Below are positions 49,398 to 60,443 of a stretch of DNA of 64,000 nt, piece by piece (within the stretch, counting starts at the first letter, position 1; every line of letters begins with the position of its first letter). The notes under the pieces are model-generated. The model worked only from the letters and a program-made list of their open reading frames with translations. It was not told where the DNA came from and ran no database searches. Made by a program: the position numbers and the translations under genes. This DNA comes from Candidatus Rifleibacterium amylolyticum (GTDB taxonomy: Bacteria; Muiribacteriota; Ozemobacteria; Ozemobacterales; Ozemobacteraceae): the NCBI GenBank assembly GCA_009917695.1, contig JAACJG010000014.1, positions 50,959 through 114,958 on the forward strand. The letters run 5' to 3'.

Positions 49398-49841
49398 TCA
49401 GGTGGTGAACTGGCAGATCTGCAATGATTTCGCGGCGGTGTCCAATACCAGATAATACTCTTCTGTCCAGCTTTCTTCGCCAAAATGAGTGGTAATATAG
49501 TCTGAGAAGTAGACTAACCACCTGGTTTCATCAAGCTTGACAGTAATCTCAGAAACACGCGGCAGGGGCATTTTCTGAATAATTTCTTCAGAAAAGGCTT
49601 CAACCTGCTCACATTTAAGCTGTTCTTTGTTGTAATACCATTGCCAGTCTTCAAACTGACGCCTGGTCTTAACTTGTCTGATTCGGCGACCACGTTCCAG
49701 AAGCTTTCCATCAACATTCAGCGAGCATGAAGCCTCGAATTCCCAAGGGATGCCAATGTCTTCTTTGCAGTATTTCTGATGAATCTCGAGCATTCTCTGG
49801 CTGGGAAAAAGCTCGCCACAGCTTTTGCATTCTTCATTCAT
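49398..49841 (-). CDS. Hypothetical protein with N-terminal C2HC zinc-finger-like motif
   Basis: CKSCGELFPSQRMLEIHQKYC. Confidence 0.65.
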   Translation of the reverse strand: MNEECKSCGELFPSQRMLEIHQKYCKEDIGIPWEFEASCSLNVDGKLLERGRRIRQVKTRRQFEDWQWYYNKEQLKCEQVEAFSEEIIQKMPLPRVSEITVKLDETRWLVYFSDYITTHFGEESWTEEYYLVLDTAAKSLQICQFTT

Positions 49842-49877
49842 AAAATTGCGGAATCATTAATGAAAAAACTTAACCAG

Positions 49878-50033
49878 CTAAGCCTTATCTGAATCGGCCT
49901 GCTCAGAGTTGCTCTGTTCAGGACTGGCTTCGATCGCTGCTCTTTCAATTTTACGCTGGCGTTTTTCTTCTTTCTTTTTAGCCTTTTCTAATTCTTTCTT
50001 TCTTTTTTCATACGAATAATTTGGTTTTGCCAT
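49878..50033 (-). CDS. Small basic protein (51 aa), absent from the ORF track
   Basis: AAGGA RBS; MAKPNYSYEKRKKELEKAKKKEEKRQRK... Confidence 0.75.
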   Translation of the reverse strand: MAKPNYSYEKRKKELEKAKKKEEKRQRKIERAAIEASPEQSNSEQADSDKA

Positions 50034-50178
50034 GTTCAATCCTTTACGTTATTTTACCTGTCCATTAGAACACAGATAGAATCATGGTTCAACCCTGGCA
50101 CCGGCGCAAAAACCATCGCAAAAGAGCAAGAAGCCCCTGCAGTCGAGCTCTTAGAACATGAGTTTTCGCAAAAAAACT

Positions 50179-50234
50179 TTTCAGAAGGCCATTTTGCCGT
50201 TAGAACTTCCACGGCGTTCCGCCAGAATATTCTA
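50179..50234. repeat. 56-bp hairpin-containing direct repeat, copy 1
   Basis: 49/56 identical to 51428-51483. Confidence 0.85.
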
Positions 50235-50339
50235 TTACCCGCTGGAAATCACTGAATGCCGGCTCGTTTGGCGCGAAAACTGGTTTTGTCGGCCGATAAA
50301 CTGTTTCACGCCTTCGATAAATGAGCTGAAATACCCTGT

Positions 50340-51356
50340 TCAGCGCATGTCGAAGACCGAACCGACTTCAAGCATATGCGACCAGTCTGCGCGAAAGCTT
50401 GCCTTGAAAGCATCTGTTCCCGGCTGCATCTTCTTTAACTGTTCAAATGGTATCGGCGAATGCGCTAGATAATCAGTGACTTTTACCAGAAGAAGGCCTG
50501 ACAAGAAAACCTTTTCAGCATCCTGCGGCATCGGAAGATCACGGTAATTGCCGAACACCAGCGGAACTACCGGCATTTCATAAATTCTGACGGCACAGAT
50601 TTCGCCGGATTTGTCTGAACATCGCCGAAAGTCGGCAAAGTATCGTTTTTCAGCTGAGGCATGGAGCAGATGCAAAGACTTCTCATACAATCGGCTAAGC
50701 GCTGCGTGAAACTCAACGACACCCTGCGTGCTTGCCCGGGCCTGATCAGCCTCATTTCCCCGGCGGGAAATTTTATTCGGAGAGACATAAATTGAAGAAA
50801 ATGGCACATTTGCATCGAATTCCCACTGTTTCGGGATTTCCGGAGCAATAAAAGGCTGCTGCTCACTGAAAACCCGTTTCGCCGGCTCAATCGAGGCATA
50901 TTTCACTAAAACATTCGAGGGACGCTTCGCGCTCTGATACAATCTCCGGCCGCCGGGTATACCATGCAGAAGAAATACATCGAATATTTTTTTTGATGAA
51001 CGAAGCGAACTCAGCTGTACCGGCCATTCATAGAGTTTGAGATAAAGTTTGAGAGAGGCGGCGTCTTCGCGCACGGGCAAAGGAAAGCCGAGCTCAAAGA
51101 TATTCTTGTAAACAATATTGTCAATGTCTGGCGCAAACGCCGGAATGTTTTTTAACCACGGCTTCATAAAAGACCGGGTTGGCAGGGATGCACCGGAAAC
51201 TGTTTTGTCTTCGGCTGGAAGATAAACAAAATGTAATTTCAGCGTATTGTCAATTTTCCATCCGGCACCCTCTACCGGCGAGGCAAACTGAAACAACAAA
51301 GCTGCCACAACAAAAAAACAAACGGCTCGCTTCATATACTTCTCCAATCGTAACAT
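50340..51356 (-). CDS. Exported hypothetical protein
   Basis: Signal peptide MKRAVCFFVVAALL; frame stays open 34 codons past the TGA. Confidence 0.65.
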   Translation of the reverse strand: MLRLEKYMKRAVCFFVVAALLFQFASPVEGAGWKIDNTLKLHFVYLPAEDKTVSGASLPTRSFMKPWLKNIPAFAPDIDNIVYKNIFELGFPLPVREDAASLKLYLKLYEWPVQLSSLRSSKKIFDVFLLHGIPGGRRLYQSAKRPSNVLVKYASIEPAKRVFSEQQPFIAPEIPKQWEFDANVPFSSIYVSPNKISRRGNEADQARASTQGVVEFHAALSRLYEKSLHLLHASAEKRYFADFRRCSDKSGEICAVRIYEMPVVPLVFGNYRDLPMPQDAEKVFLSGLLLVKVTDYLAHSPIPFEQLKKMQPGTDAFKASFRADWSHMLEVGSVFDMR

Positions 51357-51427
51357 GCAACGTGTTCTATCAGCTGTCAGTCCACTAATTACACAATCCT
51401 CACATAAAATGCAGCACTATATAAGCA

Positions 51428-51483
51428 TTTCAGAAGGCAAGTTTACCGTTAGAACTTCCACGGATTTCCGCCGGAAGATTCTA
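51428..51483. repeat. 56-bp hairpin-containing direct repeat, copy 2
   Basis: TAGAACTTCCACGG-ATTT-CCGCCGGAAGATTCTA hairpin; includes the stop codon of the SH3 gene. Confidence 0.85.
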
Positions 51484-52044
51484 GTTGGGCAGTTGTACTT
51501 CAACCACGCATTCTACATCAAGCATTGAGCCCGCCTCGGAAATATACCATCGAGTTTTGATCCAGGTAATCCGAAACAGCTTGCCCAGATATTGATCCTG
51601 GTTTTCTTCGTTGATCTGGATTCCCTTTATGTCGCGACCCAACCAGAAAGATCGATCTGCGCCATCAGGCATCTCGACATCGAAATGGTAGTAATCTCCC
51701 ACCGAGATTCCCTTAAATTTGCATACAGCGGTTTCTTTCACGGGGTCGACTTCTTCGGAAAGAAATCCTGAAAACACCCACCCGGTTTGCCCATTATAGA
51801 TGATTTTAGCCCAGGGTGCCTCAATTTCTTCAATCGTCTCGATCAAGTTACCGTATTCCAGAACCTCGACCTGCGTATTCAGAGGGATGTTCGCCATGAC
51901 TTTGCTTACTTTACCAGGTTCGCTTCTCAGTTTAATACCGCTCCGGGCTGTCACCGACCGGATTTCTGCTCCATAGCTGGTCTGGGTTAAAATCACCGCC
52001 AGTGCCATCAAAACCAGACTGGCAAACAAATGCAATTTTTTCAT
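51481..52044 (-). CDS. Exported SH3b-domain protein
   Basis: GIKLRSEP...IP.NTQV.VL...WAKI.YNGQTGWVFSGFL. Confidence 0.88.
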   Translation of the reverse strand: MKKLHLFASLVLMALAVILTQTSYGAEIRSVTARSGIKLRSEPGKVSKVMANIPLNTQVEVLEYGNLIETIEEIEAPWAKIIYNGQTGWVFSGFLSEEVDPVKETAVCKFKGISVGDYYHFDVEMPDGADRSFWLGRDIKGIQINEENQDQYLGKLFRITWIKTRWYISEAGSMLDVECVVEVQLPN

Positions 52045-52198
52045 ATTTTCCTCAGCTTCCCGGGACTTCTATATTCAATGATGAAAAACCGCGCAAGCAC
52101 AAGCAGTCTAATGGCCAGAGCCTGCCAGCATTGGTCATGATATATCCATGAAAGTGCAGGTGTCAAATTTGAAGCATACCAGTGCTTTGACATTTTTG

Positions 52199-52256
52199 TT
52201 GACTCGCATGCCAATTGCCTGTATAAATATGCAGCTTTTTTGAATATTTATACAAT
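52199..52256 (+). promoter_or_regulatory. argR promoter with tandem ARG boxes
   Basis: TTGACT-17 bp-TATAAA; CCTGTATAAATATGCAGC and TTTGAATATTTATACAAT spaced by 3 bp. Confidence 0.88.
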
Positions 52257-52267
52257 TGGTAATCACA

Positions 52268-52741
52268 ATGAACAAACAGCACAGACACGACGCGATAGTC
52301 AGAATAATTCGCAGCGGCAAGATCAACAGCCAGCAGATGCTTCTGGCGGAAATGGCCAGAGCGGGCTTTTCTTTAACCCAGGCAACGTTGTCACGCGATC
52401 TCAAGTCGCTTGGAGTCGCGAGGCAGGCGCTTGGCGACGGAACTTACACTTACTCGATGGCTGAAGACATACCGGTAAGAGCTGTTAAAAAGATACCTCT
52501 GGCCGGCAATGCTTTTCTTCAGGTTGAATTCAGCTCGAACATCGCTGTAGTAAAGACCCTTCCGGGCTTCGCTCCAGCACTTGCCTCAACCATAGACGGT
52601 TTGCGTCTAGATGGCTTCATTGGCAGTGTTGCCGGTGACGACACGATTTTTTTAATAGTTCGCGAAGGAATAAGCCGCAGCCAGCTGCGTGCAGAGCTTT
52701 TGGAAAAACTCCCGGAACTCGGATTGAAAATCCATCTCTAA
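52268..52741 (+). CDS. argR: Arginine repressor
   Basis: [25 protein letters not shown]. Confidence 0.95.
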   Translation: MNKQHRHDAIVRIIRSGKINSQQMLLAEMARAGFSLTQATLSRDLKSLGVARQALGDGTYTYSMAEDIPVRAVKKIPLAGNAFLQVEFSSNIAVVKTLPGFAPALASTIDGLRLDGFIGSVAGDDTIFLIVREGISRSQLRAELLEKLPELGLKIHL

Positions 52742-52763
52742 CCCAACAAAGACAGGATGTAAC

Positions 52764-54014
52764 ATGAAAAAGAAAGTAATTCTCGCCTATAGCGGCGGAC
52801 TCGATACCTCGGTAATTCTCAAATGGCTCGAAAACAAAGGCTATGAGGTTATCGCCTATGTGGCAAATGTCGGTCAAAATGAAGATTTCGAAGCAATCCG
52901 AGCCAAAGCGATCGCTACCGGCGCCACCAAAGTATATGTCGAAGATCTGAGAAAGGAATTCGTTACTGATTATATCTTTCCGGCCATGCAGGGCAATGCC
53001 ATATACGAAGGAACATACCTGCTGGGCACCGCAGTTGCCAGACCGCTGATCGCCAAGCGCCAGATCGAAATTGCCATGAAAGAAGGCACCAACATTGTCT
53101 CGCACGGCGCCACTGGCAAAGGCAACGACCAGGTGAGATTTGAGTTTGCCTATTACGCGCTGATGCCGAACGTAGAAATCATATCGCCCTGGAAAAATCA
53201 GGAATTTCTTGATGAATTCAAGGGTCGCACCGACATGATCAACTATGCCGAAAAATACAATATTCCGATCAAGGCCTCGATCAGCAAATCATACAGTGAA
53301 GATGAAAACCTTCTGCATATCAGCCATGAAGCCGGAATACTCGAAGATCCTTCAATGCGCTGCCCGGAAGAAATTTTCAGCCACACAAAATCGCCTCAGA
53401 CCGCCCCGGACAAAGAGACCGTCATTAAAATCCACTTCAAAAACGGTCTGCCCATTCTAGTTGAGAACACCGAAACTGCTACCAGCATAAGTGATCCGCT
53501 CGAACTTTTCCTCTATCTCAACAAAATAGGTGGAGAAAACGCCATTGGCCGCGTCGATATGGTTGAAAACCGCTATGTCGGCATCAAATCGAGAGGCGTA
53601 TATGAAACCCCCGGTGGCACGATTCTCTGGAAAGCCCATCGCGACCTAGAAGGCATCGCAATGGACAAGGAGGTCATGCATTTAAGAGATGGCCTGATTC
53701 CGAAATTCGCCGAGCTCATCTACAACGGCCTCTGGTTTTCGCCTGAAATGGACTTTCTGATGTGCGCATTCTACAAGAGCCAGGAAAACATAGACGGCAG
53801 CGTAACTATAGCTCTTTATAAGGGCAATGTAACTGTTGTAGCCCGGGAATCTTCAGCCTCTCTGTATAATCAGGAGTTGTCGAGCATGGACATTGAAGGC
53901 GGCTACAATTCGGTTGACTGCAAAGGGTTCATCAACATAAACGGCATGCGCCTCAAGGCTCACAATCTGGTTTTGAAGAAAACGCAGCCCTACGACTGGA
54001 GAGAAGACGAATGA
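52764..54014 (+). CDS. argG: Argininosuccinate synthase
   Basis: [35 protein letters not shown]. Confidence 0.98.
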   Translation: MKKKVILAYSGGLDTSVILKWLENKGYEVIAYVANVGQNEDFEAIRAKAIATGATKVYVEDLRKEFVTDYIFPAMQGNAIYEGTYLLGTAVARPLIAKRQIEIAMKEGTNIVSHGATGKGNDQVRFEFAYYALMPNVEIISPWKNQEFLDEFKGRTDMINYAEKYNIPIKASISKSYSEDENLLHISHEAGILEDPSMRCPEEIFSHTKSPQTAPDKETVIKIHFKNGLPILVENTETATSISDPLELFLYLNKIGGENAIGRVDMVENRYVGIKSRGVYETPGGTILWKAHRDLEGIAMDKEVMHLRDGLIPKFAELIYNGLWFSPEMDFLMCAFYKSQENIDGSVTIALYKGNVTVVARESSASLYNQELSSMDIEGGYNSVDCKGFININGMRLKAHNLVLKKTQPYDWREDE

Positions 54015-55195
54015 AACTCTGGCAAAAGGGCTACGAGCTTAATGCTGAGATAGAGCGATTTACCACCGGCAGCGACTACCTGCTCGACATGCATCTGCTT
54101 GAATTTGACTGCATTGCCAGTCAGGCGCATGCGCGTATGCTCGGTAAAATTGGCCTTATCAGTCAAAAAGAGGCCGATGAGCTGGTAAGCGAACTGAAGA
54201 ACCTGATCGAGCTTGTTAAAGCCGGCAATTTCAGTATCGCGCCCGACCAGGAAGACTGCCACACTGCGATTGAAATCTATTTAACCAGCAAACTTGGCGA
54301 CACCGGCAAAAAAATTCATACCGGCCGCTCACGCAATGATCAGGTTTTGACAGCTATCAGGCTTTACACCAGGGCCCAGCTGGAAAAAACGCTTGGCCAG
54401 GCAAAAAACTTGATTTCGGCCATAGATGGTTTTATCAGCAGGGTTGGCGAGGTGCCGATACCCGGTTATACTCACACCAGAAAGGCGATGCCCTCATCGA
54501 CAACAATGTGGGCAGAATCTTTCAAATGTGCGATTGAAGATGATCTTACGCTCATCGAATGCGCAATTAAACTTATCGATCAATCGCCACTCGGCACCGG
54601 TGCCGGATATGGCATACCTTTGCCGCTGGACCGCGAGTTAGTAGCAAAGGAGCTCGGGTTCTCCAGGGTTCAGAAAAACCCGATCTACGCGCAACATAGC
54701 CGCAGCAAATTCGATATTTTTGCAGTAAACACACTTGTTCAGATAATGTTTGATCTGAACCGCCTCGCCACCGACCTTATCATTTTCACGCTGCCACAGC
54801 TTGATTTTTTCAAGCTCCCGGACGAGTTTCAAACGGGCAGCTCAATAATGCCGCAGAAAAAAAATCCCGACATCCTCGAGCTCATGCGGGCAAAACTTCA
54901 TGAAGTGAATGGTTACGAAAACACCATCAGAAGCTGCACCGCGAATCTCATCTCTGGTTACAACAGAGACATTCAGATTACCAAAGAACCATTGATAAAG
55001 GCTTTTGAGGCCGCACTGCAAACGCTCGGCGTTGCTGAACTGCTGTTTAAAAACCTTTCAGTTAACCAGGAAAAATGCGCAGCCGCGATGACTGAAGAGC
55101 TCTTCGCAACCGAACTGGCTTACCGGCTCGTGCAAAATGGCGTTCCATTCAGAGATGCTTATCAGCTGATTGCACAGAAGTTCATGAAGGCATAA
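54011..55195 (+). CDS. argH: Argininosuccinate lyase (short form)
   Basis: [35 protein letters not shown]. Confidence 0.96.
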   Translation: MKLWQKGYELNAEIERFTTGSDYLLDMHLLEFDCIASQAHARMLGKIGLISQKEADELVSELKNLIELVKAGNFSIAPDQEDCHTAIEIYLTSKLGDTGKKIHTGRSRNDQVLTAIRLYTRAQLEKTLGQAKNLISAIDGFISRVGEVPIPGYTHTRKAMPSSTTMWAESFKCAIEDDLTLIECAIKLIDQSPLGTGAGYGIPLPLDRELVAKELGFSRVQKNPIYAQHSRSKFDIFAVNTLVQIMFDLNRLATDLIIFTLPQLDFFKLPDEFQTGSSIMPQKKNPDILELMRAKLHEVNGYENTIRSCTANLISGYNRDIQITKEPLIKAFEAALQTLGVAELLFKNLSVNQEKCAAAMTEELFATELAYRLVQNGVPFRDAYQLIAQKFMKA

Positions 55196-55383
55196 TCAGC
55201 AAGGTCTATACTTAGCCGTAATTTGCAACGCGGCAGGTAATGCGAAGTTTCGGCACGGCGCCAGTGCTATGCCCGTCTTCTTTGATCCGCCCATGTTATC
55301 CCTCCAGATGTCTTCGAGCTGAAAATCCTGTTTGGCCTATTGTTTGCAGTCGGCCAGGTCAAGGCATTTCGGTTCTCTGATAG

Positions 55384-56022
55384 CTACTCTTTGGCTGGAA
55401 CCCACTTTTCATTTTGTTTTATGTATTTATGGCTGTCTGTTTTCAGATCAAAAACGGTTTTCTCGCTGAAAACTCCAGAAGCATCTATGGCCAGTTTTTC
55501 GTTTGCTTCAATGATTCTACTTTCGCCCTTCAGGCTGGTTAATGACACCTTACCTTCTTTAACGCCGACAGTTGTCGAATCAGAGGCCACAGACAATTCA
55601 AACACTGTGCCAAGAACACCGGTAAGGGCATGCGGAGTGACGATCGTAAAGTTGCCTTTTTCATGATTGATGCGATAGATAGCTGTTCCTGAATTCTGCC
55701 TGACATTGCTATTAGAAGTTGGGAGTTCGAAATATGTGTCTGGTTTAATCTCAATGATGCCCCTGTTTTCTGCCAGCATGATATCAGCGCTTGAATCAGG
55801 CATTGTTCTGACTCCTCCTCCAGGTGGGAGCAGATCGAGTTGAGCAACCGCAACAAATTTTTCTGATGGTCCAGGTCTGGCTTCAACCGTACCCGAGACC
55901 CTTACAAATTGTGCCATAGCCTGCTTGTTTTCACAGCCAGGCAACAAAAGAACACCTAACAGCAGCGCTGAGCTCAACAACAGCGGGCGAGCCATTTGAC
56001 AAAGCATCGTTTGCATCTCCAT
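55384..56022 (-). CDS. FecR-domain lipoprotein
   Basis: Lipobox LLPGC; FTIVTPHALTGVLGTVF...V.EGKV. Confidence 0.8.
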   Translation of the reverse strand: MEMQTMLCQMARPLLLSSALLLGVLLLPGCENKQAMAQFVRVSGTVEARPGPSEKFVAVAQLDLLPPGGGVRTMPDSSADIMLAENRGIIEIKPDTYFELPTSNSNVRQNSGTAIYRINHEKGNFTIVTPHALTGVLGTVFELSVASDSTTVGVKEGKVSLTSLKGESRIIEANEKLAIDASGVFSEKTVFDLKTDSHKYIKQNEKWVPAKE

Positions 56023-56246
56023 ATTTCTATCAGCATTTGAGTTATATTGTCTTTAACGAATAATTTTAAAACTTTGTCACTATTCAAACAATGCATTTTT
56101 GAGATGCTCCCGAGATTTAGCTTGCTGAACAGCAATCCTGACTGTTATGATAACTTTATTGTCTTTAACAGGTGCTGGCACAGTGCTGTGCTTGGCATGT
56201 TTGAGGGCAGGCAGTGACTGATGCCTGTTGATACTGCCAGAGGTGA

Positions 56247-56762
56247 ATGTTGCAGGCTATTATTAAAAGAGGATTTACGCTGGTTGAGGTGATAATTGCT
56301 TTTGCCCTGACTGTCTTTGTCATCGCACTTGCCCTGTATTATTTCGCCCAGACAACTTCCAGCAATGAGGACATAAGCAAGAGACAGCATTTGCTCAACG
56401 TAGCCAGCAGCTTACTGAGGACTATCAAAAAGGATCTTCGCTCTGCCAGTGAAGCACATGTATCTCATCGAGGCATCTGTCTGAAGGTCAATCAACTCGA
56501 TCCTGAATCAGGAGCACCTGAATCAAAGATGGTTGATTACGAAATTTCGGACGGCCAAATCATACGCCGGGAGGAAAGTTTCAGCAAACCATTTTCGTTT
56601 GCATCTTTACTGAAACCGGATGATTATCTGTCAATGTCGATAACGCAAAATGCCCCCGCCGGGTCAGGATTTTTTCTGGAAATTTTTGCAGCTAACTCAG
56701 GTGGCAGCGAGCTGATAAGGCTAAAAGAACGCCTGATAAAAGTGGATATGACAAAACCATGA
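56247..56762 (+). CDS. Prepilin-type (pseudo)pilin, PilW/GspJ-like
   Basis: KRG|FTLVEVII class III signal; IKKDLRSA. Confidence 0.88.
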   Translation: MLQAIIKRGFTLVEVIIAFALTVFVIALALYYFAQTTSSNEDISKRQHLLNVASSLLRTIKKDLRSASEAHVSHRGICLKVNQLDPESGAPESKMVDYEISDGQIIRREESFSKPFSFASLLKPDDYLSMSITQNAPAGSGFFLEIFAANSGGSELIRLKERLIKVDMTKP

Positions 56763-56774
56763 TTTTAATCGTTT

Positions 56775-57257
56775 ATGATAGTTCAGGGATATCTTATGAA
56801 AAATAATTGCTTGTGTCATTCCTGCCTGAGAAGGCCTACGGGGTTCTCTCTTGTAGAGCTTCTGATCGCCCTGTTCATCATACAGTTGATTATCGCACCG
56901 GTCTATCTGATGTTTACAGAAGCGCAGAAAACCATGTTCAAGGCGGCCGACACGCTGACCGCATCGCATCTTGCCAGTTCTCTCGTTGCTGGGTTGCGTG
57001 ATGCACCGGTCAAGGCACTACGTCCACAACCTCTGGAAGACGACACAAAACTGGCTTCGCCTCTCGATCTCGAAAGCCTTGGTGTTCTGCCAGTTCCAGC
57101 AGAGTTTACCCGCAAACTTGAAATCATACCTGTTGATCTGGCCGGCAAAGAGGGTGGCCCTTATTATCTGGTTGAAGTGCAGATTTCATGGTTTAATCGC
57201 AAGACCAGCACGCCGGTAGAATACATAGTCAGAGATCTGCTGCGAGGAAAAAAATGA
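56775..57257 (+). CDS. Prepilin-type (pseudo)pilin, PilV/GspI-like
   Basis: TG|FSLVELLIAL; FTRKLEI...VEVQISW. Confidence 0.85.
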   Translation: MIVQGYLMKNNCLCHSCLRRPTGFSLVELLIALFIIQLIIAPVYLMFTEAQKTMFKAADTLTASHLASSLVAGLRDAPVKALRPQPLEDDTKLASPLDLESLGVLPVPAEFTRKLEIIPVDLAGKEGGPYYLVEVQISWFNRKTSTPVEYIVRDLLRGKK

Positions 57258-59239
57258 AGCGACAACGCGGATTTGTTTTGCCAGCTGTTTTAATGCTTAT
57301 AAGCGTAATACTGCTGTTTGCGGCAGTACGGCATTTCTTTTCGCGCAACCAGCTGATTCAGGCCGCGCACGACGCCAACTATGAAAAGTCTTTCCATCTT
57401 GCTATCGGGGGCATAGAGTCGGCAGACAACCTGTTTATGAAAGCTGTCGCCTTTTTTAACGATGGCAGACCTGAAACCATGCCGAAAATTGCAAAGGCTC
57501 CGCCTGAACTCGCGCCAATCCTGGAGGCATTATTAAACGCCGATGGACTGCCCTATGCCCGCAAAGAGCGAATACCAATCGAATCGTCAATGTTTGCCCA
57601 TTTGCAGAGCAGCTGGGAAAAATTTTCGAGCCTGAAAGTCGAAATTGAATTGAGAGATATCGAAGCACTGGTTGCACAATCGCCTTTTCCCGGGCCAATT
57701 CCTGATACGAGGGAAACCAGAATACTGGTGATGTTACACGCAGAGGCGGTTGTGAATGGCGCAGTAGCCAGAATATGCCGATATCGCGAGGCAAAGCTGG
57801 TTAACCTTCTGCCATCGATTCTTGGCAAATTCGTGCTTTACCTGAGAGAGCAGGGCTCGGTCAGCAACAATTCATTTGTAGATCGCTTCTCAAGGCCAGA
57901 TCTGTTAAAAGACACGCCCCTGATGGTATTCAGCGGAAAAATCAGCGGTCTTTCTTCTTTAAGCCTGGCTGACGCTTCAGAATTCTTCGAGAAACAGGGC
58001 TGGGTATTTCTTGGCGGCGATGCACCATGGCTCATCGGCAGCGGCCCCGGCGGTGGAAACGCCAATTACGCTTCAGCCCTGCAGAAAAGTGACCTGCAGA
58101 CCTTTACCATTCAGCCGCCCGACGAATTTTCGTCGCTGAATTTTCTGGCCTATTATTCGCAACTTGAATACCTGTCGCCTGAATTGAAAGATCTCACATA
58201 TAACAAGGTCTTACAGGGAATCAACGATGAACTTTTTTCATCGCGAATCAGAATCTCAGGCAGCAGAAACCAGCCCACACCGACTAACGTTGTCGGCAAA
58301 GTCGTCGCCAGATGCGCTTTAATTCAGGGTCTGCAAAACACGCAAACCGGGCTGTACGCCCCATACCCTTTCATTCAGGAATCGCAGTTTCATGGCAACG
58401 CCTGGCCTGGCATGAGCTCAGAAGCAGCAAACACAATGGAAGAAAACTTTGGGGGCGTTTTTCAACGCTACAAATCACGCATGTCAGTCGTTCTCGAAGA
58501 AAGATACAACGCGATAAATCTGCGCGCGCTCAATTTTCCTGATCCGCCAATGAATTCTGCAATTATGGTAGACCCCAGAAATCTGCCGGCCGGCATCAAG
58601 GAACCCGAACCCTCGAAAAGACTGCATGTCGACAGTAACCCTGCGTCTTTCATTGACGCCAATTCCGGCAATTTTTACCAACTTTTCGCCGATGACGGCA
58701 GAAAGCTGTTTGAAGGCAATCTATCTGGTTTCGAAGATTTGAGCTATTTTGCCAGCAAGGCAGTAATAAGCTTTGACAAACAGGGTGAGTTTTATAAACA
58801 AATAGAAACCGAAAAAAAAGAGTATCTGCTCAACAATGTTTATCTGATCAAAGACAGCCTGCTGGTTGACCGGCCTTTAAAGTCCGCTGACGGCTGCGGC
58901 GGCATGATTATTGTAAATGGCGACATCAACATTCAAAATGAGATCATTGCCCCTGACCAGGAACCCATCGTACTGATCAGCACAGGCGGCAACATTCGCA
59001 TCGCCACCCCTGGCAAGATACAAGCCGGCTTGATTGCCTTGAAGGGGCAGATTCAAGCTGAGTCGGCGATAAACGTAAAGGGAGTAGCAGCAGCAAAGGA
59101 GTTGTCAATGGCCAGATTGACTCCACCTGGTTTAAGGCAGATTTCTTACAATGTTAACTTCGATGTAACCGATTCTGCGACCTATATGCGGGCATTCAGA
59201 TTCTTCATGCCAAAGGATGGGATCACCTTTGTCAAATAA
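57254..59239 (+). CDS. Large PilX/GspK-like minor pilin with C-terminal beta-helix-like region
   Basis: KRQRG|FVLPAVL lacking Glu5; A.GGIE.A; GMIIVNGDINI...LISTGGNIRI. Confidence 0.78.
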   Translation: MKRQRGFVLPAVLMLISVILLFAAVRHFFSRNQLIQAAHDANYEKSFHLAIGGIESADNLFMKAVAFFNDGRPETMPKIAKAPPELAPILEALLNADGLPYARKERIPIESSMFAHLQSSWEKFSSLKVEIELRDIEALVAQSPFPGPIPDTRETRILVMLHAEAVVNGAVARICRYREAKLVNLLPSILGKFVLYLREQGSVSNNSFVDRFSRPDLLKDTPLMVFSGKISGLSSLSLADASEFFEKQGWVFLGGDAPWLIGSGPGGGNANYASALQKSDLQTFTIQPPDEFSSLNFLAYYSQLEYLSPELKDLTYNKVLQGINDELFSSRIRISGSRNQPTPTNVVGKVVARCALIQGLQNTQTGLYAPYPFIQESQFHGNAWPGMSSEAANTMEENFGGVFQRYKSRMSVVLEERYNAINLRALNFPDPPMNSAIMVDPRNLPAGIKEPEPSKRLHVDSNPASFIDANSGNFYQLFADDGRKLFEGNLSGFEDLSYFASKAVISFDKQGEFYKQIETEKKEYLLNNVYLIKDSLLVDRPLKSADGCGGMIIVNGDINIQNEIIAPDQEPIVLISTGGNIRIATPGKIQAGLIALKGQIQAESAINVKGVAAAKELSMARLTPPGLRQISYNVNFDVTDSATYMRAFRFFMPKDGITFVK

Positions 59240-59627
59240 AAAAGCGTTTACCACAGTTGAAATCGTAATCTCTCTGGCGCTGGTTTGTGGCGCCATAATA
59301 TTATGGTCTTACATATTGTCGGTCAGTCGGGACAGAAGCGATACTCTCGACAACGATCAGGTTTTCAATGCATTACGCGCAAGTCTTCTGCACAACCTGA
59401 AAAGTGACATGCGTTCTTCAACCGCAATCAGACAGCTCAGCGAAAATTCATGGGAAATAGAGACGGTCGAACTCAACGAAAGCGATACTCCTTCAGTCAA
59501 AAAAGTAGTTTATGAGCTGTCTGCTGATGCGAAAAAGGTAACCACGTCTGTAGACGGGAGGATAAAAACCTATGATTTCTCAAAAGTGCTTGGCGAAAAG
59601 AAGCTTAACTTCAAGATCTGGCCTTAA
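59217..59627 (+). CDS. Prepilin-type (pseudo)pilin
   Basis: KKA|FTTVEIVISL; LKSDMRS. Confidence 0.82.
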   Translation: MGSPLSNKKAFTTVEIVISLALVCGAIILWSYILSVSRDRSDTLDNDQVFNALRASLLHNLKSDMRSSTAIRQLSENSWEIETVELNESDTPSVKKVVYELSADAKKVTTSVDGRIKTYDFSKVLGEKKLNFKIWP

Positions 59628-60330
59628 GTTATGGATTGCGCTCACACTGCTCGCCGCCGGGTTTACGGCGCTTCCCGAGCTGTTCGCCGCAAAAATTGAA
59701 TTTGATATTTTTCCAGCTACCACCACATTTAACGTTGAAAAACTCAATCCGGATGGCGGCGTGATTAATCTCGAAAACAGTCAGCAGACAAGCACCGGTG
59801 AGCTGAAAAATCCCAACGTCACACCTGTTCCTGATTTTCTGGTAAAGATCGCTGCTGAATTTCCGCATATTTTTACTCTGCCGGCATCATCCCGGCCGAT
59901 AAGCTCGATGCCGAATGCGACTATTCCAGAAGTGATGCGCCCACCTTTTTCTGAGACTTCATTAGAAGGTAAAGGCGAAAAGGAACTGGTTGCTTTACGC
60001 GACGGCACTGTAACTCTCAGGCTTTTGCTGTCAACTTACGCTCCAGCCTCCATGGAAGTGCATCTGTATGATGCCGACGGTTCAGAAGTATGGTTTAAAG
60101 GCTCTTCACTTCTGTCATGGCATCGCCCGGATTCTATGCAGAATGCTCCATTACAGTTCAAGGGGACTGTTGATCCTGATAGCATGCGCCTCGATGGACC
60201 TGGTGACTACGGCCCCGCCGACGACCTTTCCTATTCATTTGACATCAAAGAAGGTCAGAAACTGGTTCTTAAAACATACGGCAACGCTGAGCCGAGAAGC
60301 TTTATAAAGGTCAGTGGCTCGGCATTTTGA
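59572..60330 (+). CDS. Exported protein with unnamed C-terminal domain shared with 61951-62928
   Basis: Signal-like LWIALTLLAAG; LSTYAPA...SWHR...PGDYGPA...GQK; start uncertain. Confidence 0.75.
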   Translation: MISQKCLAKRSLTSRSGLKLWIALTLLAAGFTALPELFAAKIEFDIFPATTTFNVEKLNPDGGVINLENSQQTSTGELKNPNVTPVPDFLVKIAAEFPHIFTLPASSRPISSMPNATIPEVMRPPFSETSLEGKGEKELVALRDGTVTLRLLLSTYAPASMEVHLYDADGSEVWFKGSSLLSWHRPDSMQNAPLQFKGTVDPDSMRLDGPGDYGPADDLSYSFDIKEGQKLVLKTYGNAEPRSFIKVSGSAF

Positions 60331-60443
60331 TTAACAATATAACTAATGCCAGCAGTGATATGACAAACTGCTGAAAAATTACGTCTTGTCTAATGAAGGC
60401 TCTCGCTAGCGAACAACGGCAGTGCAAAAAGTTGAATAATTGA

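Noticed and set aside
50340-50342. Selenocysteine codon
   Set aside because: No redox motif context and no clear SECIS hairpin directly downstream
50179-51483. Canonical integron attC sites
   Set aside because: The order of YYAAC/GTTRRR cores is reversed relative to gene direction and no intI is present; kept only as an unexplained repeat
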